NCBI GenBank assembly: GCA_964016885.1
Contig: OZ024741.1
Location: 183,706,001 to 183,770,000 of the forward strand
Length of the DNA stretch: 64,000 nt
Reading direction: 5' to 3'
Origin: Eledone cirrhosa
Taxonomy: Eukaryota
Position numbers and translations under genes: made by a program
Shown here: piece after piece, positions 30,133 to 44,527 of the stretch
How positions within the stretch are numbered: the stretch's first letter is position 1
How the letters are laid out: each line of letters begins with the position of its first letter
Notes under the pieces: generated by a model
What the model saw: the letters and a program-made list of their open reading frames with translations, nothing else
Databases searched by the model: none
What the model was told of the DNA's origin: nothing

Positions 30133-32137
30133 TCGAAATATAACAAAGGAACATAACAGATAAAATGCATGGGTCCGAAAATCAAAGACAAAGAGGACAA
30201 CTGACCAGCTAGCTGCTTTCACCTCAGTCAGTCGCCCTCAAGTGATGGCTACTCGGTCTACTAATGACCATCTGGGGAGGGGCGAAGGCTTATAATGTAC
30301 TACCACCTCTCCGTCAAAGAGAAAAAAAAGGAAGAAAGAAGAAAAGTCAGCGTATGGGTCACACTACAGTCAGGCTAGAAATCGACGCGAAAAATGTTAT
30401 TCCAAAGAACCTATAACTTAACAGGCATATATAGTAGGCGTCTGAATGGTATCTGTGAACAGAAAATTAGAGCGTTAAACTTATGTTTAGAGTTATAGGA
30501 TGAAATTAAATTAAAAATTAAAAAATTAAGAATTAAAAATAAAAAATAAAAAATAAAAAATAAAAAATAAAAAATTAAAAATTAAAAATTAAAAATTAAA
30601 AATTAAAAATTAAAAATTAAAAATTAAAAAATTAAAAAACATTATTAAAAATTAGAGGTTTGGGTTGCCAGATTTATTTAATGAAATTACAGAGAGAGTC
30701 TTATATGAAAAAGTTTAAGTGTATTATAGGGAATCTCGATAAATTATCAGGGTGGGATATAGAGTAAAGATTAAAGCCTTCGATTGTAAATCCCAGCCAG
30801 CACCTCCTAACCACGTGTCAGCCAGTTCCGAGTGGTAACGTCTAGCGAAAGAAATGGAAATTAATTTTTCCGAGTACTCTAGGAACGTAACTGCCTTAGG
30901 CTCCGGGGGTGCTAGCGGGAAGTCTACCATCTTCAACAGGCCATCGACTATACCAAACGAATACCAAACGAATACTATTAATTCACACAGGAGGGGTTTA
31001 TTTACGTGCCAGTAGAAGGAGGCATGATACAGCTAATAGTTATGCTTAGGCCTAGAGTTTATAGGTATAATATAGCGGTCAAAGCAGGCGGCGCGGCGGG
31101 CCCCGGGGCGAAGCGATCCGCTCCGAGTAATTTCGTTTACCGAAAGAGGGGAAATTTATTTTTCCAAGCACTCAAGGAAGGCTGTACTACTCGAGTGCCC
31201 GGCACGCAGCCGGGAAAGCCACCACATCAGTCGAAAGTGGTAAAAACCGATGAAATGCGCCAATAGACTATATCTAAGTCCCAGTTAGTCCGGGTTATAA
31301 GTAGTGTGGTTCTTTGGTGAGTAGGGGGCTATGATAGGTGCATAATGAGAGTAAAACCTGAGTAAGAGGAACAATTAGCAGAAAAGCACAAATATATAAA
31401 AGCAGAATACATAGATAAAAAGATACATTAATAAAAATACATTAATGAAAGTGAAATACATAAATGAAACGCCTTCATAGCTAGGGTGGTGATGTAGTAA
31501 GACGGAAGTATGTAAGAACATATCGGAGGAATCAAAGTAAAGGGGAAATACAATATAGATCAAGTTGGAGTTATATAATACAAGGTTATACAAATAGATA
31601 TAGAGGATGGAAGAGATAGAATGGTATCAGGTGGTACCTAGTGTCTGTTCTGGTCTCAGAATTCAGTGTGAATCACAAAAAAACCCCTGAAGTATAGGGT
31701 AGAGAATTCAGTCAATACAATACATGTTATAGTATAATACGTAGAATTTTGTCGGAGTCCGAATATTCCTGACAGGGAAGCAGCATAGGATCGGGTGGAC
31801 GGTAGACAAAGCACAGAGCAGCCAAAATCCGAATGGTAAGTAGATCAGTCAATCCCATGCTGGCAATAGCTGTACACTGAAGTCAGTGCCGCTGTTCATT
31901 ATTACATCTGAAAATGCTCAACATTTCTGGAGCATTATTTATTTAGGTTTGTTGGTTCACCACTGGATAGAATTGGTCATTCCGTATGGTCAATCTTGAT
32001 GTAATATTATGGAGAGTACTCAACGTAATGCAGCTCACCCGTCTTTGTTTGTGTAGTTGGTGGTGCGAATACAGAGTAAATTATTATACATAAAATAACA
32101 GGAGGCTGGACTGGTGTAAATCTTTGAAAGGTTTATT

Positions 32138-32195
32138 ATACTATGATCATTTCAATGATCGGGTTCCGTATGAATCCGGTGATATCATGAGGTAT
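32138..32195 (-). ncRNA. Hammerhead copy with G5C core mutation (CTCATGA), probably inactive
   Basis: Same fold as 30075-30132; core reads CTCATGA. Confidence 0.7.
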
Positions 32196-32260
32196 TCGAA
32201 ATATAACAAAGGGGCATAACAGATAAAATGCATGGGTCCGAAAATCAAATATCATATATT

Positions 32261-32323
<63 letters not shown>

Positions 32324-32326
<3 letters not shown>

Positions 32327-33012
32327 GATTCGATGGACATACTTTATGGTATATTGCTCTGATTATTTAATTTATTAATTCTTCATTGAGCCACATCGTG
32401 AATGGTTGCCACATATATATCTGTGACTTTGTTTAGTTTGTATATATGTAAATCTTTATATTTAATAATCTCCCATTAGGTTGAGATGCAATTTGGGCAA
32501 TATTGGGCGTGAGCAACCAGTCCACTCGCCGTAAGCAACTAATCACATTCTTTCTAACTTGACCACTGCCACGTCACGATTCTTAGCCATTTTTGAATCT
32601 ATTTGTGGCGGGGAACGCTTTGGAAAATTACCTGTCCTATGAGTTTGTCTCCTGATGAGTTCGAAACTCGAGATTTTATCCTTAATAGGATATCTCAAAG
32701 CGCGAACAAACCCCCAAGGTAGGGACATAATTATGGTAAGAGTGTACGCATTTCTTCTAACTTTAAATTTAGACCTAATTGTGTATGGTTGACGGTATAT
32801 TTAGTCGATTTCTACGTGCTGTTGAAATGTTGGGTAAATATTCTATTGCGGTCGGCCGCGAAGCGGCTGCCGTCGTTTATTTATCAAATATTTCTTCATA
32901 GGAACCTTTATTCTTATAACCTGGTCTAATTGATTTTTTATGTGGTCAATTATGCTAATTGGGAGAGGAAATGGTGTATGTATTTTATCAATGATTCTAT
33001 GGACATACTTTA

Positions 33013-33020
<8 letters not shown>
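32324..33020 (+). mobile_element. Non-coding 666-nt monomer with ~30-nt terminal redundancy and a central hammerhead (retrozyme-like)
   Basis: AATGATTC(G/T)ATGGACATACTTTATG at 32324 and 32990; (TA)n on both sides. Confidence 0.8.
32646..32727 (+). ncRNA. Type I hammerhead with extended stem II, G12 missing in this copy
   Basis: TGTCTC-CTGATGA-GTTCG...CGAAC-[G]AAA-CC CCCAA GG-TA|GGGACA. Confidence 0.7.
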
Positions 33021-33051
<31 letters not shown>

Positions 33052-33137
33052 AATAAAGTAAGAAGCGCGGGACAGCGTACGGTTTATAATTGTTTATCCC
33101 ATTAGTAAAATAAGTTGGATTACTTTGAATAAATAAT

Positions 33138-33313
33138 TGTTTCTACTTTTGGCACAAGGCCAGCAATTAACCAGTGCATTACTGGTACTTTATTTTATCG
33201 ACCCCGTAAGGATGAAAGGCAAAGTCAACCTCGGCGGGATTTGAACTCAGATCGTTAAGGGACGTAACTATGCTGGAAAGCATGGTGTCCGACCCTCTAC
33301 CGATACTGCCAAT
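33138..33313 (-). mobile_element. tRNA-derived SINE
   Basis: Near-identical to 6501-6675. Confidence 0.9.
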
Positions 33314-33729
33314 AAATCATGAATGAATATTACATAATTTATCTACTAAATTTCGTGGCTGTTCATTAAATATATTTTATTATTTATTTAAAGATTCACT
33401 TCTTTAAAATTTTCAAATGTCAACACTTCCGGTAGCGATCGCTTAAATAAACGTATTAATTTTCTGTCACTAATTTTCTCCTAATGCAGTTTATATATAA
33501 TATCGTCTTTTTTTTAATGTATCATGGATTACGTTACTGATTACATAAGACAGTGTATCACAGTCTCTCTTCAATTTCTGTGTATATTGTCAATTACGAT
33601 TTTATTTGACGTATCATATCTACATGTATATATACGTGCGTATAATATCAATTTGCACACTACACATGCTAGCAGAAAAAACACCCGAAGGGAGCTGAAA
33701 AACCACTCAAAGGGTGGTGTTTCTGCTAG

Positions 33730-33786
<57 letters not shown>

Positions 33787-34039
33787 ACGAAAAGTAATTC
33801 TTTTAGACATGTATGTAAATTACGCTATGTTCTAGTTATTTAGGTTTTTACGTATTTTCATTTCGAGTTCTTTGCAGTTGGTTAGGAACAATTAAGTCCC
33901 AGAATTTATCACCAACCTTCACAGTGAAGCATTGTTGACTTCTGTGCCTGTCTCTTTTATAGCAGGCAAGTGTAATTTGTAAAGACATTACTGCTCAAAT
34001 CTGCTCGTTGAATTTGATCGCCATCAGTTACGTGTGTAT

Positions 34040-34410
34040 TTTGGCGTGTGTATGTTGTTTGTGTGTTTATTTTAGCATTTTGTTGTGTTATGAGCAATGT
34101 TTCCATAATTAATCTATTTTTGTGGGAAATTCTATATACATTGTATGTATTGTCCACTAATATTTTTCAATCTATTTTTTTGGTGTGTAGTGTAGTGTGC
34201 TACAATTGTTCCTTATATGTGCATAATCAGCATATGAGAGACCGATTTAATTGTATGGCCAATGTAGCAATTGGTGTCATGGAGTTTATTATTTACACAT
34301 TTACAATCAAATTTATAAATTACTTTGGTTATTTTTAGCTTGTTTTCGTGTTTACATGCCTGTGGTATGTTGTTGACAAGGTGGATTTTTATTTTTGTGT
34401 TTTGTAGCAT
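34040..34410 (-). pseudogene. Decayed GIY-YIG endonuclease of a Penelope/Poseidon-like PLE
   Basis: VIYKFDC...CYIGHT...MH followed by RLIMETLLI...INTQ. Confidence 0.7.
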
Positions 34411-35758
34411 ATTATTAGTGCTAGTTTACAGTTTCTTGTGATGCATTTTGTGTTTTGCTTTATGGGATGCTGATGTGTTCGTCTGTTCTATAGTTACCAT
34501 TCATTTGATTTATATACTACATTTTATGTGTGATTTGTGCATTTTTAATTGGTGTAGTGTTTGATGTATTTGTTGCATTGTAGTTGGGTCTATATTCATT
34601 AGCAGTTTGGTTCATCTGTCAGAGTATCCGTTGTTAATTAGTATTCGTTTTATGTTGTAGACTACTTTGCCAAGTGCGGCTTAGTGAAAGAACATCTAAA
34701 TTATTTTCTAAATAGAGATTATATCTAGCTCTTATTAGTTAAAATAATGTCTTTTGTAGGCATCATAAGAGAACGCTGATCTTGTGTCTCTCTATGTCCG
34801 GTAGCTGATCAAGACGGGAATGTTTTCTGGTCGAGAAGATTAAGCTTAAGTTTTGGTTACTAAAATGATAACTTCACAATACATCATTCGTAAAGAATAA
34901 CTTCGTATTTAAGTATGTTTAGTAACTGTTCAAAGGCGGAATATTTTCAAGGACAAAATATTACACCACATGATCGCTAAAATCATGTGTTGATTAAACA
35001 TCATTGTCTAAGAATGACCTTGTATCTAAGTATTTTATTATAAACGTTAGTATTAATAATTAAATTCTTGATGATCATCATTAAATATATCAAATGCTAC
35101 TTAATTGTCGCTATTCACGTGGATTATGTCTGTGAAATTAATCTCAATGTTTTAGTAGTCCACTTTGAGTTCAAATCCTGCTGAAGTCAACTTTCCCTTT
35201 TAGCCTTTAGCTCGATGAAATGAAAGTACTTGTCAAGAGAAGTGGATTGTCAGAGTTGTACACACGTCGGGCGTATCGCCCGACGTGTTAACAACTCTGA
35301 CAATCCACTTACGGTGTTTGTTAGAACGTTTGTGATCTGAGTTCAAATCTCGCTGTTGTGTTCTTGGATGGTAGACTTACTCCTTCACTTGGTTTAACAC
35401 CACCGCCTAGCTCATAGCTGTGTTTTTAGCTGAGTTGCAAACATTCAGACCAGGTCTCCAGTTTAATCATGCCTTCATGCTTACCCCATTCCTTTCCCTG
35501 AAAAAGGGAAGGAGGTAAACAGTAAAGAACCTACCCCAAAGAAACAAAAATAAAGCACACACAGACATAAGAAAGTCAATAACAATACGCTACTATAATA
35601 CTTTTGATTCATTTTAAAATTCATGCTGAAATTTCTTTATTTGGTTATCTACTGGTTTAAGCGACGTCACTATACTTCTGAATATTCCATTTTGTTCAAA
35701 GACTAATTCTCCATTAATCAAACGAATATTTGCGAAATTGGAAATTATAAACTCATGT

Positions 35759-35836
<78 letters not shown>

Positions 35837-35905
35837 ATATATAATATATGATCAACCAACTTTCATCAACTGAATAATACATATATATACATACGTACAT
35901 ACATA

Positions 35906-35999
<94 letters not shown>

Positions 36000-36343
36000 A
36001 ATGTATTATTTAGGATTGGCAGACTTATTGCCCACGTTCAAGCGCTTATAAATTAATTTTTCAATGACAAGGTTTTATTCCAAAGAATAAACCGGAATTT
36101 TATTTTTTTTCCTCTATTCTTCCCCCATTAACCGCGCTGCCTTCAAAATATAATACTGCAGGCATCGAAGATATAGCAATAAATCTTTTTTCCTGTATCA
36201 TTGTACAACCTGAGCGGTTATCTGTGTATGTAGATTCATGTCAGTGTATATACTATGTATGTACGTGTGTTTGTATACATACATACATACATACATACAT
36301 ACATACATACATACATACATACATACATACATACACACACACA

Positions 36344-36454
<111 letters not shown>

Positions 36455-36500
36455 GTATGTATACAAAACCACGTACATACATAGTATATTCACTCACACT

Positions 36501-36541
<41 letters not shown>

Positions 36542-36710
36542 TAATATATATATATATACACATACAGGCATATTAAACGAGAACATCCGTAAACATGTCT
36601 AAACGTACATCGATACATATTAGTTTATATACGTTTGTATTTACATGTATATATGTTTATTGCCCTGTGTACCCGTGTCTCTCCTATGTATGTATGAATG
36701 AGATACCGAA

Positions 36711-36813
<103 letters not shown>

Positions 36814-36974
36814 TGTATGATTGTGTGCAATTATTCAATTATTATCAATGATATATATACATATATATTCATATATATACATATATATACATATATATAT
36901 ACATACATATACATATAAATACATATATATACTTACATATATATATATACATACATATATATATATACATACAT

Positions 36975-37042
<68 letters not shown>

Positions 37043-37151
37043 TTCAATTCAATTATTCCCAGAATTTTTATAGTTTGAAAGGCGGAATGGCGACGACTAA
37101 AATATTTATATACGCAGCCGTAAATATTAGCCACAGATACATTTGCACATA

Positions 37152-37236
<85 letters not shown>

Positions 37237-37515
37237 GTAATTATTTCTTATCATTTGCTACAAGGGTCATATAATATATATATATATAAATACACACACA
37301 TATACATCAATATATATCATATATGTATTTATGATATGTATATATGTATATGTGCGCACATACATAACCTGAAGAACGCACATATATTCGCTCACGTTTG
37401 TATATGTATGCTTTGTATTTGAATGTTTGTGATAAATATTTATATGTCTAATCTATCTACCTATCTACTTATCTGATTCTCTTACTCTTTCTTTATCTCC
37501 CCCCACTCTCTCTTT

Positions 37516-37600
<85 letters not shown>

Positions 37601-38091
37601 CATACATACATACATACATACAAACATACATACATATGGTCATATATACATACACACGTATACATATGCATAACTATATACCCATAAATATACACATACA
37701 CATATACATGTGGACATAAATGCATATTTATATTCATATCGTAAAATTAAATTTCGCAATAACGATTTCCTTTCATAGAGGACAATAACCTTTTCCGTAT
37801 TGAGCTAGCTGGTTATGAAGAATTCGTAATAATATTAAACATTTTCCATAGTCTTTTATTCTTTCTTCATTTTCTCTCCTTTTTTTTTCTATAGGCAAGA
37901 AAAGGATTTTGAAAAATTGACTAATTATTTACAGTAACCATGCAAAAAGTATTCAACTGTGTGAGACACATTTTGTTTGTGCCAAAGCACTCCGACTATA
38001 AGAAATGGTCTACAGAAAGTACATAATAAATCTTCTAAATATGTCAAATTAATTTCTTTGGCGCAATCAGTTCAGTTTTATTATCATCGCT

Positions 38092-38299
38092 ACTGCTGCT
38101 GTTGTTGCTGTTGTTGTTGTTGCTGTTGTTATTGTTGCTGTTGCTGTTGTTGTTGCTGTTGTTGTTGTTGCTGTTGCTGTTGTTGTTGCTGTTGTTATTG
38201 TTGCTGTTGTTGCTGCTGTTGCTGTTGTTGTTGTTGCTGTTGTTGCTGCTGTTGCTGTTGTTGTTGCTGCTGTTGTTACTGCTGTTCTTGCTGCTATGT

Positions 38300-38351
<52 letters not shown>

Positions 38352-38352
38352 G
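38092..38352. repeat. Compound (TGT/TGC)n + (TAC)n microsatellite
   Basis: Read directly; source of the poly-C and poly-L ORFs. Confidence 0.95.
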
Positions 38353-40210
38353 GTTTATGGTATCATATTTAGTTGGGATTTGGCCACAGGGCATAATTAT
38401 TTGTTAATTTTTTTCAATGTTTTAGATCACACAGCTGACGCCATAATTAGTAAAATACCTTGTGGTATTTTGTTACGTCTTTTTACATTCCGAGTTCAAA
38501 TTTTGCCGGCTACCTTTGTACTTGACCTAACTTCGGAGATCGATTAAATAAGTCTTACTTAATCCTGTTATAAATTTGATTATTTTTCAAGTGTGTGATC
38601 TTGCTGCAAAATTAAAAATAATAATTATTATTTCACTAAAAAGTCAACAAGTTGTGACTATCTTCCTCGGTTGTGAAGGAAGAAAATAAAATAAATGAAC
38701 CTTCGGTCAACGAAACGGTCTACTCGTTAAATTAACGTGTAAGTGACTGAGCATTTCACAAGCACGTGTACCATTAATGTAATTCTCAAGGATAGAAAAA
38801 CTTTGCAAATGATAAAAGAACAATCGATAGTACAAGACGTCATGAAAGATATTGATTTCTAATTTAGGCACAAGGCAAACAGAGTAAATTTATTTTATCG
38901 ACCGTGGAAGACGAACGGCAAATTTGACTTCTGCAAGATTTGAACACAGGATATAGAGAGCCAGAAAATGTACCGAAATGACGTCTTATCCATTTTAAAA
39001 CATATTAACAAGAGATAATGGAATTGGGCAGAATGTGGAGAGATGGTGAAATGAGATCGAGGAATTTATGGGCGTTATATAGATGAGAGTGGCACATGAT
39101 AGAAATAACTCGCACAGGCTTGGACATACATTCGTTTTATAGATGATGAAAAAAATTTACTAAAATATATCTACCTACTGTACATCAAATAATACTCTTA
39201 CAGTAAGTCAAGGAACGTTAATTTCCATGCAATAGATTACATAATATGCTGTATGGTGCATTTCATAATTAGCCTCAACGAGGTAATGTCAAAAACTTAC
39301 TAATGTCTGCGCGTAACAATATTCTTTACAGAAAGAAACTAAATATACGTGAGGTGTATTTGATATTTAACGATGATCATTTTTTTTTTTTTTTTTATCA
39401 AAACAGTATCATATTCTGTCAGCAAAAAAGAAAAAAAGAATATTTGTCTTTTTCCAAACGGGAAAGTCTTTTTTTTTTTATCAAAACAGTAGCATATTCT
39501 GTTAGCAACAAAAGAAAAAAAAATATTGTCTTCTTCCAAACAGAAAAGTCTTAGAATACTTGAAATATAACACAATCTAGTTCTTGATCAAGTGTTCGTA
39601 TACATTTAAGCTCTGAAACAAACAAACAAACAAATCAAAACAAAAAATAAAATAAAACAAACAAACAAAGAAGAGCAAAAACATATCTCCACAGCAAGAA
39701 TAAGTATGTTTACATACATTATAGGAAAACAACTTAAATGATCACAATTGATAGAGTTAGTCAAGTAATTTACTCAATCTTCTAGAATGTAAAATAATTC
39801 CACAAAAGATTTATCCAACAAAATGTAAGCTGTAAGTAGACCAACAAATAGACAACAACAACAAAAAAAAGCTTTTATAGTATCAGCTTTGTACAACAAA
39901 GGCGTAACTTGAACAAACATTACCAGACATACTTTAAATCCGACAGCAGCTCTTAAATCTACGTTATACGATACAAGAATCATAATAGAATATTGAATTT
40001 ATGATTGACTCATATCCAGTCGGTGTAGAGTATGCTTTTCATACCATTAGAGGGGATTAAGTAAGTAGCAGTAATATATTGAGGCTTGCGTCAAATTGCA
40101 TACATCCTTCTTCCAGCTCCTATATATGCCTGCTGCCTTCACAACAGGATGGTTATACATGGGCAGCAGCATATTCCAATGGTTGCATAACTGCACCAAT
40201 GATTGCGTAC

Positions 40211-40260
40211 ACATCTGATGAAGTCACATGCATAACCATGTAACAGAAATATATATCATA
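40211..40260 (+). ncRNA. Partly decayed type I hammerhead at a PLE-like 3' end
   Basis: CTGATGA-AGTCACATG/CATGTAAC-A-GAAA-TATATA-TC; stem I weak; (TA)n begins ~57 nt downstream. Confidence 0.6.
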
Positions 40261-40312
40261 CAACAAAGCAATTATGGTGAAATAATCCCATCTTAACTAC
40301 TCTTATTTGATA

Positions 40313-41067
<755 letters not shown>

Positions 41068-41113
41068 TATATGTATGTATATATATATATATATATATAA
41101 TATAATATAATTT

Positions 41114-41447
41114 TTCTGGGTGCCTACTGAGAATCACAGAAAATTAATTATTTCATAATTATTTCACAACTAATTAATTATGTCAATATTATACCATCCC
41201 TTGTGAAACAGGTTTACGCTTTGAGTTTCGGACTGATCTACGGAAAAGGTTTGAATTTTGAAATTTAAACTTGTATAGGCACCAGGCCATTGCCGATATA
41301 CGTCTGTGAGTATAGATATATTATTTTTTAGATCGATACAGGCAGACTATATGTATTTGAATTAAGATATTTCATTCTAGCTAATTAATTGTCAATTTAC
41401 AGTAAAAACACATAAGTGTTGATCATATATTTATTTATATTAACTTC

Positions 41448-41448
<1 letters not shown>
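41114..41448 (+). mobile_element. Diverged, 5'-truncated member of the 566-nt family with hammerhead fold (41119-41283)
   Basis: Colinear with 3303-3625; GGTGCCTA/TAGGCACC, CTGAGAA, GAAA 41205-41208, GTA 41273-41275. Confidence 0.8.
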
Positions 41449-41478
<30 letters not shown>

Positions 41479-41496
41479 ATATATATATAGAGAGAG

Positions 41497-41602
41497 AAAT
41501 ATTAAAACAATGAAATTAAACACAAAGCTGTTAATTCATAGTAAAACTGTTTTTTACTATGAATTAACAGTTTTGTGTTTAATTTCATTGTTTTAATATT
41601 TT
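41497..41602. repeat. ~105-bp near-perfect hairpin at the 5' side of a TA-embedded fragment
   Basis: aaatattaaaacaatgaaattaaacacaaagctgttaattcatagtaaaa and its reverse complement. Confidence 0.85.
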
Positions 41603-41798
41603 ATTTTGACTCTGTATCCAATTGAATTATATCGTTGATAAAAATGTTTGTATTTTAAACTTTGCTTCACGACATCTTCTCCATACGGATTACATTGAGT
41701 TCTTTATACGGTTTAGACCCTACCATTGAGTGGTAGATTTATCTGTGTATATATATATTGGCAGCACGACCCTTCCAGAGTATAACAATATATATATA

Positions 41799-41876
<78 letters not shown>

Positions 41877-42282
41877 TGTATATATACAATAGCATGCACA
41901 TACACACGTACATTTCCATCAACGATATACAAAACATGCAAACACACACATAAAGGAGAAACAATGCACACCCACGGAATGTACTCCATCTGAACACACG
42001 TTATAGTACCAATGTTACACCCGGACTGTCCATCCTGGCCCCCACCGCCACACGCAGGTCTTAACCCCTACTCTCCTCACCCATCACACCATAAAAAGTT
42101 TTTTTCTTCAAACTTCCAACCTCCTCTCTCTTGAACTTTGCTCTTTTCTGATGAAAGACTTATGTATGATACGTCGAGACATTTATTTACTTCCTTTTTC
42201 TTTTTTCTTTATCTTCATTCCCTGAACTTAATAAGACATTTTGATTTTGTTTTTGAATTTCTGTTTGTCTCATTTATTCTTG

Positions 42283-42353
<71 letters not shown>

Positions 42354-42354
42354 C

Positions 42355-42467
<113 letters not shown>

Positions 42468-42915
42468 ATATTTATATATATTTATACATACATATATATA
42501 TAAATATATACATATATGTATATATATATATATGTCTGCGTTTGTATGTGTTTATATGCGTGTGTGTGTCTGTGTGTTTGTGAGTGTATGGGTGGGTGTC
42601 TGTCTGTGGGGCCATGTGTTGTACGAATTGAACTGTTTAATCATTCGACCATAAGATACTTTAATTAATAACGAAACACCAGTTCAATTCATGCATTAAT
42701 TACTTTCCTGCTGATTTGTTTGTGTGGAGAATATTCTTTGAAGTTTGTTCTCAAACAGGATTGAAGTTTGCTTTCCTTCTCAATGTCCAATAGAGGGAAG
42801 GAGAGAGAGTAGAGAGTGAAAAGGAGGGAGGGAGAGAGAGAGAGAGCGAGTATCTTTAAGAGAGATTGCTGATGCTTGTAAAAATCAACATTATTACAAG
42901 CGTCAGTGTCAGCAA

Positions 42916-43137
42916 GGCGGTGGCTTGGTAGAATTGGTAGAGTTCGGACAATATGCTTGTGGCATATAGTTACGCCCCTTTGCGTTCTAAGGTCAAATCC
43001 CGCTGAGGTTAGCTTTGCCCTTTATCCTTACGGGGTTGATAAAATGAAATACCAGTCACGCAATGGGGATCGATTTAATCGACTTTCTCCTCCTCCAAAA
43101 TTACCGGCCTTGTGCGTAAATCAGAAACCATTATTAG
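42916..43137 (+). mobile_element. tRNA-derived SINE
   Basis: ggcggtggcttggtagaattggtaga...ggtcaaatcccgctgaggtt...gaaaccattatta. Confidence 0.8.
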
Positions 43138-44199
43138 AAGCGTCAGAAGTTTCCGAAATAGAGAGAAAGGGAGAGATAAAGTGAGAGAGGTGGAATAAAA
43201 CAGAGACTGAGAGAGTAGGTGGTAGAATAAACGAGTGAGGTGAGGAATAAATCAGAGATTGAAGGGGAAGCAAATAAAAGAGAAAACATAAAAGAGAGTA
43301 GCAGGAAACAGAGAGGAGGAGAAGTAAATGAGAGAGAGAGAGAGAAGTGAGTGAGAGAGAGAAGAGTGAATGAGAGAGCGAGAGAGGGAGAGAGAGAGAG
43401 AGAGAGCAAAAGCTAAGAGGAATTGTCTCGAGGAATGACAGTAAATTAAATGAATGTACAAGGTGAAGACAATAGCCAAAATTATCCTGGAAGATATTTC
43501 ACTTCCTTAATGTACAAAGAAGTGTTGTTGAGATAGAAAAGGCATGATTGTATAGTGGGGTTTCAGTTGACGTTTGACGGCCAAAATGTTACAAATTAAA
43601 TGAAGACGTTATTCAGTAAGCTAAAATGAAACAATATTTTATGTTTCACTGATTTCTACCATTGGTGTCCCTGTCTAGCTGACACGTTGGAAGAAAGGAA
43701 TTGTCTGGATATTATGAAATATATAGCTGGCTCGCAAATTTCGCTGTAACACAATACCATTCATCATCATCAGTGAAGGTGCGTGGTTTAGCGATTAGCG
43801 AGCTGGACTCACAATTATAAGATCGTAGACTCGATTCCTGGACTGGGTGGTGCTTTGTGTTCTTGAGCATGGCACTTCATTTCATGTTGCGTTTCACGCC
43901 AGGATAGTGGGTCCTATCATTAAAACAATTTTGTACGAGGCCAGTTAAACTTGCAGAGGTGTGAGCTGTAAATTTCATTCATCAAATATTTTAGAACCTA
44001 CCCAACGAGAGAACATCTACGAGGTCTTTCTATCTGTTAGAAATAGCAGTTATATCTCCCTCAAATCAGACGCTAACGTTTATAAAAAGGATGAGATATT
44101 AGACAATGCAGTCTCAGTATATTCGACAGTTCTCTCCCCCGAAAATCGTTGCCTATGGAAAAAATTGGTATTTGACTAGTACTTTATATTATCTGTGAA

Positions 44200-44527
44200 T
44201 GCGCGTGGCTTAGTGGTTAGAGTATTTAGCTCACGGTCGTAAAAGTCGTGAGTTCGTATTCGGCTCACGATCGTAAAGTCTTGAGTCTGATTCTCGGCGG
44301 CAATTTCACGTTGCCCCAGTCCACCCAGCTGGCAAAAATGAGTTGTACCTGTAATTCGAAGGACCAACTTTGTCACATTCTGTGTCATGCTGAATCTCCC
44401 TGATAACTACGCTAACAGTACGCGTGTCTGTGGAATGCTTAGTCATTTACACATTAATTTCATGAGAAGGTTGTTCCGTGGATCATATCAACTGGAACAC
44501 TCATCGTTGTAACTGACGGAGTGCCAA
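44200..44527 (+). mobile_element. Second tRNA-derived SINE family
   Basis: gcgcgtggcttagtggttagag...gagttcg; related copies at ~43780-43900, 44870-45100 and 63763-64000. Confidence 0.7.

Larger units (their letters stand above)
30016..32249 (-). mobile_element. Non-coding element: 171-bp HHR-containing direct repeats flanking a 1.9-kb ORF-less interior (2063-nt unit)
   Basis: 30016-30186 = 32079-32249; the 3' end runs into (TA)n; no RT or endonuclease motifs inside. Confidence 0.85.

Noticed and set aside
30193-30239. Stem-II-less hammerhead-like motif CTGAGGTGAAAGC...GCTG (minus strand)
   Set aside because: Core incomplete and the cleavage position is G; better read as a plain hairpin.
35240-35310. 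70-nt hairpin as a pre-miRNA
   Set aside because: Lies in a SINE head; explained by a local inverted duplication; no expression evidence.
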